Of a stretch of 64,000 bases of DNA, positions 48,337 to 58,223 are shown piece after piece. The translations under genes and the position numbers were made by a program. Each line of letters opens with the position of its first letter. Position 1 is the stretch's first letter. Location: assembly GCA_003153015.1 (NCBI GenBank), contig PMBS01000254.1, forward strand, positions 9,568 to 73,567, written 5' to 3'. The DNA comes from Myxococcales bacterium (GTDB taxonomy: Bacteria; Myxococcota_A; Polyangia; Fen-1088). Under the pieces are notes generated by a model. The model saw nothing but the letters and a program-made list of their open reading frames with translations. It had not been told where the DNA came from and searched no databases.

Positions 48337-49919
48337 TGGGCATGTTGTTCATGAAGTTGGGGCAGGACTCTTGCCCGCGGAAATGCCTAGGTACCGCGGT
48401 CTTCCTGGTGGGCCTGGCCGTCACAAGCTGGGCAAGCCCGGTTTCCGCGCAGGTTGGTGCAAGGAAGCCGAAAGAGCCCGCGCCTGATCCGATGGCCGAG
48501 ATAGAGAAGGTCAAGGCGGAATTCGAGCAACGCCTTGCCGACGGGGAGGCTGCGGCCAAGGCGCGCGAGGAAGCCATCCGCAAGGAACAGGCGGCTGCGG
48601 TCGAGGCCGCACGGGATGAGGCGGACAAGCGCGTGACCGCGGATCGCAACGAGCGCCAGGCCGAAGTCCTGCGCCTGCAAAAGGCACTGGATGAGGCGGC
48701 CGCGCGCGAGGATGCGCGCGAGCGCAACGCGCCGCCTGCGGTGAAGGCGGGCATGGCCGGTGTATCGCTCTACAGCTATGTGCAGGCCGACTATCAAGTG
48801 CGCCAATCGTCTGAGGATCAGCTTGACCCCGGAAGTGGCCAGCCGCTCAACCAGGACCGGTTTTTCATCCGGCGTGCCCGCCTGGGTGTGACCCTGGATC
48901 GGCGATTCGGCGAGGGTCGGCTGGAGATCGACGGCAACACGGTCAACGGACCTCAGTTGCGGCTGTTCGACGTGGAAGCCTCGGCGAAATGGCCAGGCCG
49001 GGGCGATGGCGCCCCGCCCGTGGCCATGGGAACCATTGGATTGTTCAGGATTCCGTTCGGGCGCGAGGTGCCGCAAGATGACCGCCGGCGCTTCTTCATG
49101 GAACGCAGCACGGCGGCCCGAGCACTGTTCCCGGGCGAGGCCGACCTGGGCGCCAGGGTGGGTGGTGGGTGGCGCTTTGTCCGGTATGTCCTGGCGGTGA
49201 TGAACGGTCAGCCACTGGGCAGCAGCGCGTTTGCCGGGCTGGATCCCAATCATCAGAAAGATCTGGTTGGGCGTCTGGGGGTCGAGGACTCGCGGGGTCG
49301 GATCGATTTTGCGGGCGGGGTATCCGGGCTGCGCGGCACGGGATTCCACCCGGGAACGACCGCGACCAAACCGACGCTGCAATGGAATGATTCGAACGAC
49401 GACGGTATCGTCAACGTTGGCGCAGGGGAGGTGAACGGAGTTCCCGGCGTGGCAGCGGGGACGTCGTCCAACTACACCCGTTTCGCATTCGGGGCGGATC
49501 TGGCCCTGTCGCTGCGTTTGCCGCACCAACTGAAGACGAGTCTGGAGGCGGAGTTCTTTCTGGCCAACGATCTGGATCGCGGAGTGTCTCCCGCCGATCC
49601 ACAGGGAACCTTGGGCCGAAGCATGCGCGAGCTCGGCTACTACCTGGCCTTGATCCAGGAATTCGGGCGCTGGCGGCTGGGTGTCCGATACGACTACTAC
49701 AACCCTGATCAAGACTCGAACAAGATAGCCAAGGGCAACCCTGTCCCCACCGACGTGACCTACTCCACTTTGGCCGTGGCCGCGGCCTGCGTGGCGCCCT
49801 GGGGCAGGTTGATTGTCGAGTACGACCGCAACCAGAACCATCTGGGCATCAACACATCAGGCATGCCTGCCAATCTGGGCGACAACGCCCTGCTCATTCG
49901 TGGCGAGGTGAGTTTCTGA
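48336..49919 (+). CDS. Outer-membrane porin, OprO/OprP-like, with N-terminal coiled coil (cassette B)
   Basis: YVQADY, FFIRRARL, GLFRIPFG, MERS, DLGAR, C-terminal EVSF; TGATG overlaps at both ends. Confidence 0.78.
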   Translation: MGMLFMKLGQDSCPRKCLGTAVFLVGLAVTSWASPVSAQVGARKPKEPAPDPMAEIEKVKAEFEQRLADGEAAAKAREEAIRKEQAAAVEAARDEADKRVTADRNERQAEVLRLQKALDEAAAREDARERNAPPAVKAGMAGVSLYSYVQADYQVRQSSEDQLDPGSGQPLNQDRFFIRRARLGVTLDRRFGEGRLEIDGNTVNGPQLRLFDVEASAKWPGRGDGAPPVAMGTIGLFRIPFGREVPQDDRRRFFMERSTAARALFPGEADLGARVGGGWRFVRYVLAVMNGQPLGSSAFAGLDPNHQKDLVGRLGVEDSRGRIDFAGGVSGLRGTGFHPGTTATKPTLQWNDSNDDGIVNVGAGEVNGVPGVAAGTSSNYTRFAFGADLALSLRLPHQLKTSLEAEFFLANDLDRGVSPADPQGTLGRSMRELGYYLALIQEFGRWRLGVRYDYYNPDQDSNKIAKGNPVPTDVTYSTLAVAAACVAPWGRLIVEYDRNQNHLGINTSGMPANLGDNALLIRGEVSF

Positions 49920-50860
49920 TGAGGAGCGTAATCAGCGGTCTGCTGGCGGTCTGGTCTCTGTGCGCTTTGTCGGCACCCGCTTGTCAGTGGTCTTCGGACT
50001 CGTTTTCGGGTTTGACCTCGGTGATACGGGTGCAAGGCGGCCAGGCGATGCGTGGTTCCATTGCAGGGCCAACCGATACCATCTCGGCCCAAGCGACTCT
50101 GTCACCCCGGGACTACACGATCTTTCCCGGTGAGAGCAACAAGTCGATCAAGGGGACGGTTGAGGCTGACGCCCACGCGGTTGCGCTGGGCGTGGCCGGG
50201 GACGATGCCTATTGGCTGGTGCCAGCCCTGAGCCCGGACAATCCATTGGATCCGCAGTACTTCAACTTCACCGCCAGCCTCTCGTTGTCGCCCGCGCTGG
50301 CAAGTAGCCCGCTGCTGCAGGACAACCAAGATGGCACGTGGACGCTTCCCCTGTCCTATCGTGCGGTTGACGATGCGGGGAACTTCGGGTCGGCGAGGGT
50401 TCAGCCGCTGATTATGGACGCGCTGGGGCCCAAGGGCGCATTGGTCGTGTCTCTCGACTGGGACGCGCCAGTCGATCTGGATCTGCACGTGCAGACCCCG
50501 ATCCCCGCCAATAATAGGGCGGGTTTCGTCATTGTCTGGGCCAAGCAGCGCAGCGCGGAACCCAACCTCCCGGATGGCGGCGTGGATGGCAACCTGGATT
50601 TCGATTCCAACGAGGATTGCCAGATCGATGGGCGCGATCGCGAGAACGTGGTGTGGACAGGGCAGCCGCCCTCCGGCCACTACATCGTGCGGGTGGATGC
50701 CTTTTCATTGTGCGGGCAGGTGTCGGCCGCCTGGCACGCCCTTGCCTACTCCCCGCAGGGAACCGTGGGCGAGGCCTCGGGCGTGCTCACCGATGCCTCC
50801 ACCCGCGAGGCTCCGACCGCGGGCGCCGGCCTGACCGCCTTCGAGTTCGACTACCCGTAG
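49919..50860 (+). CDS. Probable lipoprotein with YfaP/DUF2135-like domain (cassette B)
   Basis: VSLDWDAPVDLDLHV, LDFDSNEDCQIDG, YIVRVDAFSLC; paralog of 21454-22374. Confidence 0.75.
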   Translation: MRSVISGLLAVWSLCALSAPACQWSSDSFSGLTSVIRVQGGQAMRGSIAGPTDTISAQATLSPRDYTIFPGESNKSIKGTVEADAHAVALGVAGDDAYWLVPALSPDNPLDPQYFNFTASLSLSPALASSPLLQDNQDGTWTLPLSYRAVDDAGNFGSARVQPLIMDALGPKGALVVSLDWDAPVDLDLHVQTPIPANNRAGFVIVWAKQRSAEPNLPDGGVDGNLDFDSNEDCQIDGRDRENVVWTGQPPSGHYIVRVDAFSLCGQVSAAWHALAYSPQGTVGEASGVLTDASTREAPTAGAGLTAFEFDYP

Positions 50861-50871
50861 GTTCCGCAAGC

Positions 50872-53535
50872 ATGCGTCTTCTCGCAGTTGCCGCCACCTG
50901 GTTTCTTGCGGCAGGGATTTCCCTGGCAGCGCGGGGCGAGTCTCCGCCGGGCGAGGCGGGGGAGCCCGGCAAGGGCTTGCATCCGCCCAAGCTGCTGAAG
51001 TTCGTCGAAGCGGTCTACCCTGAAGACAAGCGCGCCGTCGGCGCAGGCGCCAAGGTGGTGCTGTCCATCGAGGTGGAGGACAGCGGACGGGTGGGAAACG
51101 TGGAGGTGGTGGTACCCGCCGGTCCCGATTTCGACGCGGCGGCAGTGGCCGCGGCCCGGCAGTTCGAGTTCGAGCCCGCCACGCTGGACGGAACGCCGGT
51201 GCCGGTGAAAATCCAGTACGCGTACAAGTTCGTGGTCAAGGAAGTGCTGGTGCCGGTAGGCCTGCAGGTCAACCTGGAAGGCGTGGTCCTGGATCGGTTC
51301 AGCAAGGCTCCCTCACGCGGGGTGAAGGTCAGAATCGTGGATTTGGGGGTCGACGCGTCCACCGACCAGGATGGTGCTTTTGCCTTCACCGACGTGCCAC
51401 CGGGCCCGCACGTGATCGAGCTGTCATCGCGCGAGCTGGTGACCATCAAGACAGAAGAGGTCATCACCAAAGGCAAGAAGAAGTCGGTCAAGTACATGGT
51501 CGAGGCCAAAGAAGCCGACGTGGACGAAGAAGCAGTGGTACGCGCGCCGCGTATCAAGAAGGAAGTGGTTGAGACACGGGTGCGCACCGAAGAGGCCAAG
51601 CGCGTCCCCGGCACCCAGGGCGACACGCTCAAGGTGGTGCAGAATTTGCCCGGCGTGGGCCGCTCGGCCTTCGGCTCGGGTGCACTCATCGTGTGGGGAT
51701 CGGCACCGCAGGACACGCGAGTCAACGTCGACGGGGTGGAGATTCCGGTGCTGTACCACGTGGGCGGCATGCGTTCGACCATCAACGCGGATCTAGTGCG
51801 TTCCATCGACCTGTCGCCCGGCTCGTTCGGGGCCGACTACGGCCGTGGCCTGGGCGGGTTGGTGCGCATCGACCTGCTGGACCCCGGGCACGAGGGCGTG
51901 CACGGCTACCTGGCCGCGGATGTGATGGACGTCTCCGGCATGGTCAGGGCCGCCATCACGCCCAATCTTCGGGTGGCCGTGTCTGGCCGCCAGGGCTATC
52001 TCGACCAAACCCTCAAGGCGGCGGTGTCCAAGGACGTGGGCGATTTCTTCCCCATTCCTCGCTACGACGACTATCAAGCGCGGGTCTCGGCCACCCTGGG
52101 CAAGGACGAGGAACTCTCCGCGACCTTCCTGGCTTCCGACGATCACCTGACCCGTACCGTTCCTTCATCGGATCCATTGGAATACAAGAAACAGGACCAG
52201 AATCTGCTCTACCGGCGCTTCATGGTGCGCTACACGCGCCTGTTTGCGGACGGTTCCAGCATTGCCGTCACGCCATCCTTGGGCTACGACCAGAACCAGC
52301 AGCAGTGGAGTTTCGGCGGCACCCCCCTCCTGCTCGACACCACCACCTGGCAGTACGCGCTGCGCGCCTCGTACCGACGGCGGGTCACGGGCAAGATCAT
52401 TCTTTCCACGGGCCTGGATTTCCAGGGGCGCAGCAGCACCTCTGACCGGGTTGGGTCCCTGGAGTTGCCGGCCCGCGAGGGTGACGTCACCGTCTTCGGC
52501 CAGTCGCCGGGGACCGATCTTGCGTCCGATCGCTGGAAGGTCAATCTGCTGTCAGCCGCGGCCTACGTCTTCGCGGAGATCAATATCGGCCGCCTGACTC
52601 TGACCCCGGGATTCCGGTTCGAGCCCACGGTGATCGATGGTAGCCTGCGGCTGCCCCACAGCTATCAGGCGCCGGACATCGGGTACCGGCGAATGGATCT
52701 AGCCCGGAATCCTTCATTCGGACCACTGAGCTGGATGCCCAATCCAAGACTGTCGGCTGCCTACCGGGCCACCCACAAGCTGACCTTCACGGCAGGCGCC
52801 GGCATCTACGGCCAGCCACCTACGGTCGAGGATCTGAGTCCGGTCTTCGGCAATCCGAATCTGTCAAGCTCGTCCGCGATTCACGCCAGTGGAGGCGGTT
52901 CTTACAAGCTGACGGGAACCCTGGTCTTCGAGGTCGTGGGATTCTACAAGCGTCTTTACGACCTGGTGGCGCGCAGCGGATTGCCGTCGCCGCCAGTGGG
53001 CCAGTCCCTGCAGCAGACTGGCATCGGCCACAGCTATGGCGGGCAGGCGCTATTGCGGCAGGAGCTGGCCAAGGGGTTCTTCGGCTGGTTCACCTATTCG
53101 CTCATCCGCAGCGAGCGCAAGGATCGACCGACGAGCAACTGGCGCCTGTTTGACTACGACCAGACCCATGTACTCGCGCTGCTGGCCAGCTACGAGATCA
53201 CCCGCGGTTTTCTGGCCGGCGCGCGCTTTCGCTACACCACGGGCGCGCCGCGAACGCTGGTCGTAGGAGCCTACTTCAATGCTACGTCTCAGCAGTACGA
53301 GCCCATCTTCGGGGCGCAGAACTCGATTCGCCTTCCCGGATTCTACTCGCTCGACGTTCGGCTGGAGAAGGCCTTCGTGCTTCGGCGTCTCAAGTTCAAC
53401 GTCTTCGCCGACGTGCAGAATGTGACCAATCGGAAGAACCCCGAGGAAATCATCTACAGTGCCGACTACAGCCAGCGCAGCTACATCACGGGGTTGCCGG
53501 TTCTGGCGGTGGTTGGCATGCGAATGGAGTTCTGA
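50872..53535 (+). CDS. TonB-dependent receptor with N-terminal TonB-C-like domain (cassette B)
   Basis: PPKLLKFVEAVYP...FDAAAVAAARQF; PGTQGDTLKVVQNLPGV; C-terminal RMEF; close paralog of 16850-19501. Confidence 0.9.
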   Translation: MRLLAVAATWFLAAGISLAARGESPPGEAGEPGKGLHPPKLLKFVEAVYPEDKRAVGAGAKVVLSIEVEDSGRVGNVEVVVPAGPDFDAAAVAAARQFEFEPATLDGTPVPVKIQYAYKFVVKEVLVPVGLQVNLEGVVLDRFSKAPSRGVKVRIVDLGVDASTDQDGAFAFTDVPPGPHVIELSSRELVTIKTEEVITKGKKKSVKYMVEAKEADVDEEAVVRAPRIKKEVVETRVRTEEAKRVPGTQGDTLKVVQNLPGVGRSAFGSGALIVWGSAPQDTRVNVDGVEIPVLYHVGGMRSTINADLVRSIDLSPGSFGADYGRGLGGLVRIDLLDPGHEGVHGYLAADVMDVSGMVRAAITPNLRVAVSGRQGYLDQTLKAAVSKDVGDFFPIPRYDDYQARVSATLGKDEELSATFLASDDHLTRTVPSSDPLEYKKQDQNLLYRRFMVRYTRLFADGSSIAVTPSLGYDQNQQQWSFGGTPLLLDTTTWQYALRASYRRRVTGKIILSTGLDFQGRSSTSDRVGSLELPAREGDVTVFGQSPGTDLASDRWKVNLLSAAAYVFAEINIGRLTLTPGFRFEPTVIDGSLRLPHSYQAPDIGYRRMDLARNPSFGPLSWMPNPRLSAAYRATHKLTFTAGAGIYGQPPTVEDLSPVFGNPNLSSSSAIHASGGGSYKLTGTLVFEVVGFYKRLYDLVARSGLPSPPVGQSLQQTGIGHSYGGQALLRQELAKGFFGWFTYSLIRSERKDRPTSNWRLFDYDQTHVLALLASYEITRGFLAGARFRYTTGAPRTLVVGAYFNATSQQYEPIFGAQNSIRLPGFYSLDVRLEKAFVLRRLKFNVFADVQNVTNRKNPEEIIYSADYSQRSYITGLPVLAVVGMRMEF

Positions 53536-54557
53536 TGAAACGGGCAAACATCGGAGCCATGGTTCTGTTGGTTCTGCTTGCTGCCTGCAAGCCGCAGGTG
53601 GGGCCGCCCATTTCTCTGATCAGCGGGCCCGCGATCCTGGCTGTGAAAGGCGAGCCTGCTGAGGTCGATCCCAAGGCCGCGGATCCGACCGTCCACTACG
53701 AGGCGTTGGCCGTGGACATGGGCGGTCGCGTCCCCGCGCCCAACGCTGACATAACCTCACCTCTGCTCTGGTCCATCTGCAACAGGCCCAAGCCACCGAC
53801 CGAGAGCAACTCGGTGAGTGCCGCCTGCCTGGACGAAAATGCCTTGCCCGGCACAGCCGGGGACTCGCCCGATACCTACTCTGCACCCGCCCCGTTAGAC
53901 TCGTGCACCCTGTTTGGTCCGCAGATACCGCAATCCCCAGAGGGCCAGCCACCCATCCGGCCGCGGGATCCCGACGTCACCGGTGGGTACTACTTGCCGG
54001 TGCGGGTGAGTCTGTCAGTTCCGGAGGAATTGCGTCGCGCGGGGATGGCCACCGAAGATTCCGTGATCGGCTTCCAGCTACAGCGCATCTACTGCGGCCT
54101 AGCCAATGCGCCGGGCCAGTATGTATACCAGTACGGCAAGGACTACACGCCCAACCAAAACCCGGTGATTGCCTCGCTAACCCTGCAGCAGCCCGGTGCT
54201 GATCCGGTCGAGGTTCCTCCGATTTCGGCCGGAGGCGCGGCGTTCCCGGTTGCGGCTGGGCAGACGGTCTCGTTGACGGTTAGCTGGCCTGCCGAGTCGG
54301 TGGAAAACTACCCCGCCTGGGATGTACTCACTCGCACACTTCCCAATCACTACGAAGCCATGCGGGTTTCTTGGTACGCGACGGCGGGGTCATTTGAACA
54401 CGACATCACCGGGCGCAGCGAATCAGAATTTGAAACCCTCTTCGCCGAGAATACTTGGACGCCCGGCGCTCCGGGGCCGGTTCACCTGTGGGTGGTGCTA
54501 CACGACAGCCGTGGCGGAACGGATTTCGCCGGCTACGATCTCGACGTCACGCCCTGA
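53535..54557 (+). CDS. Cys-containing lipoprotein associated with the TonB-dependent receptor (cassette B)
   Basis: Lipobox LAAC; paralog of 15902-16849; TGATG overlap. Confidence 0.82.
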   Translation: MKRANIGAMVLLVLLAACKPQVGPPISLISGPAILAVKGEPAEVDPKAADPTVHYEALAVDMGGRVPAPNADITSPLLWSICNRPKPPTESNSVSAACLDENALPGTAGDSPDTYSAPAPLDSCTLFGPQIPQSPEGQPPIRPRDPDVTGGYYLPVRVSLSVPEELRRAGMATEDSVIGFQLQRIYCGLANAPGQYVYQYGKDYTPNQNPVIASLTLQQPGADPVEVPPISAGGAAFPVAAGQTVSLTVSWPAESVENYPAWDVLTRTLPNHYEAMRVSWYATAGSFEHDITGRSESEFETLFAENTWTPGAPGPVHLWVVLHDSRGGTDFAGYDLDVTP

Positions 54558-54599
54558 GGTCGTCGATCGCCGCGGACGGGATTTGCTAGACCCTGCCAA

Positions 54600-54651
54600 G
54601 TGAACGAATTGTGACAACTCAGGGCCTGAAGGCGTAACACAAGCGTAACAG
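54600..54651. promoter_or_regulatory. Two oppositely oriented Pho-box-like pairs
   Basis: GTGAAC 54600/GTGACA 54611 (minus orientation) and CGTAAC 54633/54644 (plus orientation; GCGTAACA direct repeat). Confidence 0.65.
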
Positions 54652-54712
54652 ACGCGAACCGCTAAACAGGGATTATCCACGCGCGGCACAGGAGAATGCC
54701 GGCCTGAGACTC

Positions 54713-55075
54713 GTGCATCCCATTGACCATTTCTGGCTGAGAGCGTTGGCGCTAGGTGCGGCTGCGGTGGCAACATCTGTGAGCTGCGCCAGGCCGACAC
54801 CGAATGACACGGGAGCGGCGAACGTCACGGTACAGGCCGTGCGGACCAGCGATGTAACTTCGGTGATTGTCACGGTGGCGGGTTCGGTGCTGCCGGTGCC
54901 GCTGGCGATTCCCCTAGTCCATTCCGGCAACCAGTTCTACGGGCTGGCAGGCGACCTCCCGGTGGGCGCCGGCTACACCTTCACAGCCTCGGCCATCGAC
55001 GGCTCCACGCCGCCGGTCGTTTCCCTGTTGTTGCCCGGCGAGGATTCGAACCCGCATACCATGCGGGGGCGGTGA
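54713..55075 (+). pseudogene. Truncated lipoprotein gene (N-terminal domain only), paralog of 55295, 36812 and 42949
   Basis: Lipobox SVSC and DLPVGAGYTFTASA; similarity stops at about 55025, where a tRNA-like fragment begins. Confidence 0.7.
55028..55053 (-). other. tRNA 3'-end fragment (T-arm plus acceptor strand), possible att scar
   Basis: Minus strand GGGTTCGAATCCTCGCCGGGCAACAA; no 5' half. Confidence 0.55.
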
Positions 55076-55153
55076 CTCTCCCTAGTCTGACGTCGCTGGC
55101 CACGTCGAGCGCCGCAGATTAACGCCCACGACCTGAGACAGTCCTCGCTGCGC

Positions 55154-55200
55154 GGCAACCCCACGACACCCAGTTGTCGCAATTGTCACAACTTGGCCGC
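55154..55200 (+). promoter_or_regulatory. Pho-like half-site cluster upstream of the metallophosphoesterase
   Basis: CGACAC 55164/TGTCGC 55175 and TGTCAC 55184/GGCCGC 55195. Confidence 0.5.
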
Positions 55201-55294
55201 TAGCGTTTTCTCTTTCTTTGCGTAGTCGTCGCGTGCGGGGCGCGGATGGAGGCATAGGCTGCGCCCGGTTCGCTATTTCCACCGGAGGATTACC

Positions 55295-58192
55295 ATGTTG
55301 CAACTTCGCTCTCATCGTTCCGCCTTGTTGCCCCTCGGGGCGCTCGCCATCGCCGCGGCGCTCTCGGCGTGTGGCCAGGACAACCAACCCTCGGTCAGCA
55401 CGGGGTCAGCCGAGGTGAGCGTCCAACCGCTCAGCTCCGTGCCGCTCGGCCAGGTCACCGTCACGATCACCGGTCCTGCTCTGCCCAACCCGAAACCCGT
55501 GATTCTCTCCGCCCAGGGTTCGGGTGGCAGCTACGGCGCCCTGATTTCTTCGCTGCCGGTTGGCAGCAACTACACGTTCACGGTCAGTGCCACCGATACC
55601 AGCGACGTCGTCGCATACGTCGGACAAGCTACCAACGTAGCCATTCTGCACAATCACGTGACCACGGTTGTGATCACCGCCCAACCCGTCCAACCGCCTG
55701 CTCCCTTCGTGAACACGGTCCCGGTCATCGATTCTCTTGTCGTGTCATCTACCAACATCGCTCCGGGCGAAACCATCACCGCCAAGGTCACGGCCCATGA
55801 TGACCAGCCCAGCGACACCATCACCTTTGCCTGGTCGGCCAACCCCGCCAGCGGCAGCTTCTCCGCCCCCACCGCAACCACCACCGCCTGGACCGCGCCT
55901 TCCACCGAGGGTGACGTGACGCTTGCCATTCAGGTGCAGGATGATCACGGCGCCACCACATCCGCCTCCATCGTGATTCACGTATCCAACTCCAATGGCA
56001 AGGGTCAGGCCGACGTCAATGTCACGTTCAACAACTGGCCCGTAGTGACGGATGTCCTTGCCACGCCCGGCTGGATTGCCCTCGGCGCACCCGTATCCCT
56101 GTCGGTGACGGCCAGCGATTCGGATGGCGACACGCTCAGCTACCTGTGGAGCACCGGCACTACCTGCACCTCGGGCAGCTTCACCAACGCCACCTCCGCC
56201 ACCACCATGTTCATTCTGCCGGCCTCCGCCCCGGACGGGTACTGCGAATTCGACGTCGCGGTAAGCGATGGGCACGGCGGATCCGCCCACGGCACGATGT
56301 ATCTCCCGGTGGGAGCGCCTGCTTCCATCATCGCTCCGGCCATCGTCGACGCTGCGCAATCAGCCTCGGTCGTTGATCCGTCCAGCACGGTTCTGTTCTC
56401 GGTAGAGGCGATGGACCCGCAGGCCAGCACCATGACCTTCGTGTGGTCGACAACGGGGGGCACGCTCTCCGGACAGTCCGACACCGGCACCACCTCGCAG
56501 GTGACCCTGACCGCGCCTGCCACCGCGTCCAGCGATGTGGTGGTTTCCGTGGTGGTGACCGACGCGGTGGGCGCCAGCAAGCAGTACGACTTCTCCGCGC
56601 ACACCGCGGCCGTAACCACGGCCTGCACGCCGCCTGCTTCGACGGCATGGAAATTCGGAATGATGTCGGATACGCAGTGGACGACTGCGGATCCAGCGGG
56701 TCAGAACCCGACCACCGTGTCGGTGTCGATCATCAATCAGCTCAACCCGATCTTCATCCAGGCGGGCGTCAAGTTCGTCATCCAGGTGGGTGACCTCGCC
56801 GACACCGGCAACGACGCCGACGAGATCGTGCGCGCCCAGGCCGCTCAGCCGCTCTACGACGCTGGCATCGGCTTCTACCCGATGCGCGGTAACCACGAAA
56901 CCTACGGCACGGCCAATAGCTTCGCCATCCCGGTGTTCCAGACGAGCTACCCGCAGACGCGTGGCCTGAGCAACACCTTCGGCGCCACGAACTTCAGCAG
57001 CCCGACTTCGCTCAGCACCGAGCTCGACGGCATGACCTACTCGTTCGACTACAACAACGCCCGCTTCGTGATCCTCGATACCTGGGCCACGCCGAGCATC
57101 GATATCTCCGCGGCGGGATACTCCTACGGCTACTCGGTCGCGCAGCAGCAACCGTGGATCAACAGCCGGCTCGACAAGACCACGCGCGGCACCGACCATG
57201 CCTTCGTGTTGTCCCACCAGCCGCTCATGGCGGAGAGCCACCAGGACACCATGTTCCAGGGCTACACCAACGCCAACCCGGACATGCAGAACGCCTTCTA
57301 CGCCAGCCTGCAGAGCAACAACGTCAAGTACTTCCTGGCCGGCCACGACCACATGAACCAGCATTCGATCATGGCGAGCCCCGATGGACTGTCGAGCGTG
57401 CACGAGATCATCGGCGCCTCGGACAGCAGCAAGTTCTACACGCCATCGGCCGTCTCGGGCGCGAACTGGTTCGGGCAGAAGGTGCGCGAGACCCCTGTGG
57501 CGCAAGAGCTGTACACGGTCGGCTACTACATCTTCACGGTGGATGGGCCGAACGTGACGGTGGACTTCTACTCCGACAGCCACGGCAACTGGAAGTCGGA
57601 CGCCAGCTATCCGATGGGTGCCGGAAATGCCAGCTATCCTATCAACATCACTCCGGTCCTCACCTTCGCCAAGAAGCAAACCTTCGGCTACAGCCAGAAC
57701 GGAGCCGAGTTCCTGGTTGCTGAGGGAGCTTCCTATCCCACCACGCCGTTCACCTTCTCCGGCACCACGGCGCAGTTTCTCGCCGGCACCAATACCAGCA
57801 CGGCGATGGATTACATAAGCCGCAAGCTTACCCATGCCGTGGACATCGGTTGGGACGCCGCCACCTGCGCCACCTCGAGCGCCATCCTGTCCTTGTGGGG
57901 CACGACGGATATTGGCAGCAGCAGTGGCGACACGATCGCCCTGTCGATGTCCTTTGACCGCAACAGCGTCAGTGATGCCACGCTGGTCAGTGGCAACTTC
58001 GGCTTGGCCGCCGTGGACAGCGCGGGCAACCTGACCGGCGCGGTCGCGCAGAACGTGGGTGGAGCACCGAACTTCGTGTTCGGCCCCTGGAACGCGCGCT
58101 ACACCCTCGGCACCTACGGCGTCGACCCCGACACCAATACCGTGTGGGCCGTGGTTAATCACGCCGGGCGCTTCGCCGCAGGTCGGTTCTAA
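55295..58192 (+). CDS. Surface lipoprotein: Ig/PKD-like stalk plus calcineurin-like metallophosphoesterase
   Basis: GGAGG RBS, lipobox LSAC; motifs SDTQ, VGDL, GNHE, SHQP, GHDH. Confidence 0.9.
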   Translation: MLQLRSHRSALLPLGALAIAAALSACGQDNQPSVSTGSAEVSVQPLSSVPLGQVTVTITGPALPNPKPVILSAQGSGGSYGALISSLPVGSNYTFTVSATDTSDVVAYVGQATNVAILHNHVTTVVITAQPVQPPAPFVNTVPVIDSLVVSSTNIAPGETITAKVTAHDDQPSDTITFAWSANPASGSFSAPTATTTAWTAPSTEGDVTLAIQVQDDHGATTSASIVIHVSNSNGKGQADVNVTFNNWPVVTDVLATPGWIALGAPVSLSVTASDSDGDTLSYLWSTGTTCTSGSFTNATSATTMFILPASAPDGYCEFDVAVSDGHGGSAHGTMYLPVGAPASIIAPAIVDAAQSASVVDPSSTVLFSVEAMDPQASTMTFVWSTTGGTLSGQSDTGTTSQVTLTAPATASSDVVVSVVVTDAVGASKQYDFSAHTAAVTTACTPPASTAWKFGMMSDTQWTTADPAGQNPTTVSVSIINQLNPIFIQAGVKFVIQVGDLADTGNDADEIVRAQAAQPLYDAGIGFYPMRGNHETYGTANSFAIPVFQTSYPQTRGLSNTFGATNFSSPTSLSTELDGMTYSFDYNNARFVILDTWATPSIDISAAGYSYGYSVAQQQPWINSRLDKTTRGTDHAFVLSHQPLMAESHQDTMFQGYTNANPDMQNAFYASLQSNNVKYFLAGHDHMNQHSIMASPDGLSSVHEIIGASDSSKFYTPSAVSGANWFGQKVRETPVAQELYTVGYYIFTVDGPNVTVDFYSDSHGNWKSDASYPMGAGNASYPINITPVLTFAKKQTFGYSQNGAEFLVAEGASYPTTPFTFSGTTAQFLAGTNTSTAMDYISRKLTHAVDIGWDAATCATSSAILSLWGTTDIGSSSGDTIALSMSFDRNSVSDATLVSGNFGLAAVDSAGNLTGAVAQNVGGAPNFVFGPWNARYTLGTYGVDPDTNTVWAVVNHAGRFAAGRF

Positions 58193-58223
58193 CCAGCAGC
58201 AGCAGCGAGCCTAGAAATCCAAC

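Noticed and set aside
56360..58162. 600-aa antisense ORF (also 11011-12399, 27770-29086, 29890-31017, 48387-49841, 19190-20356)
   Set aside because: Each lies opposite a well-supported gene; typical high-GC shadow frames
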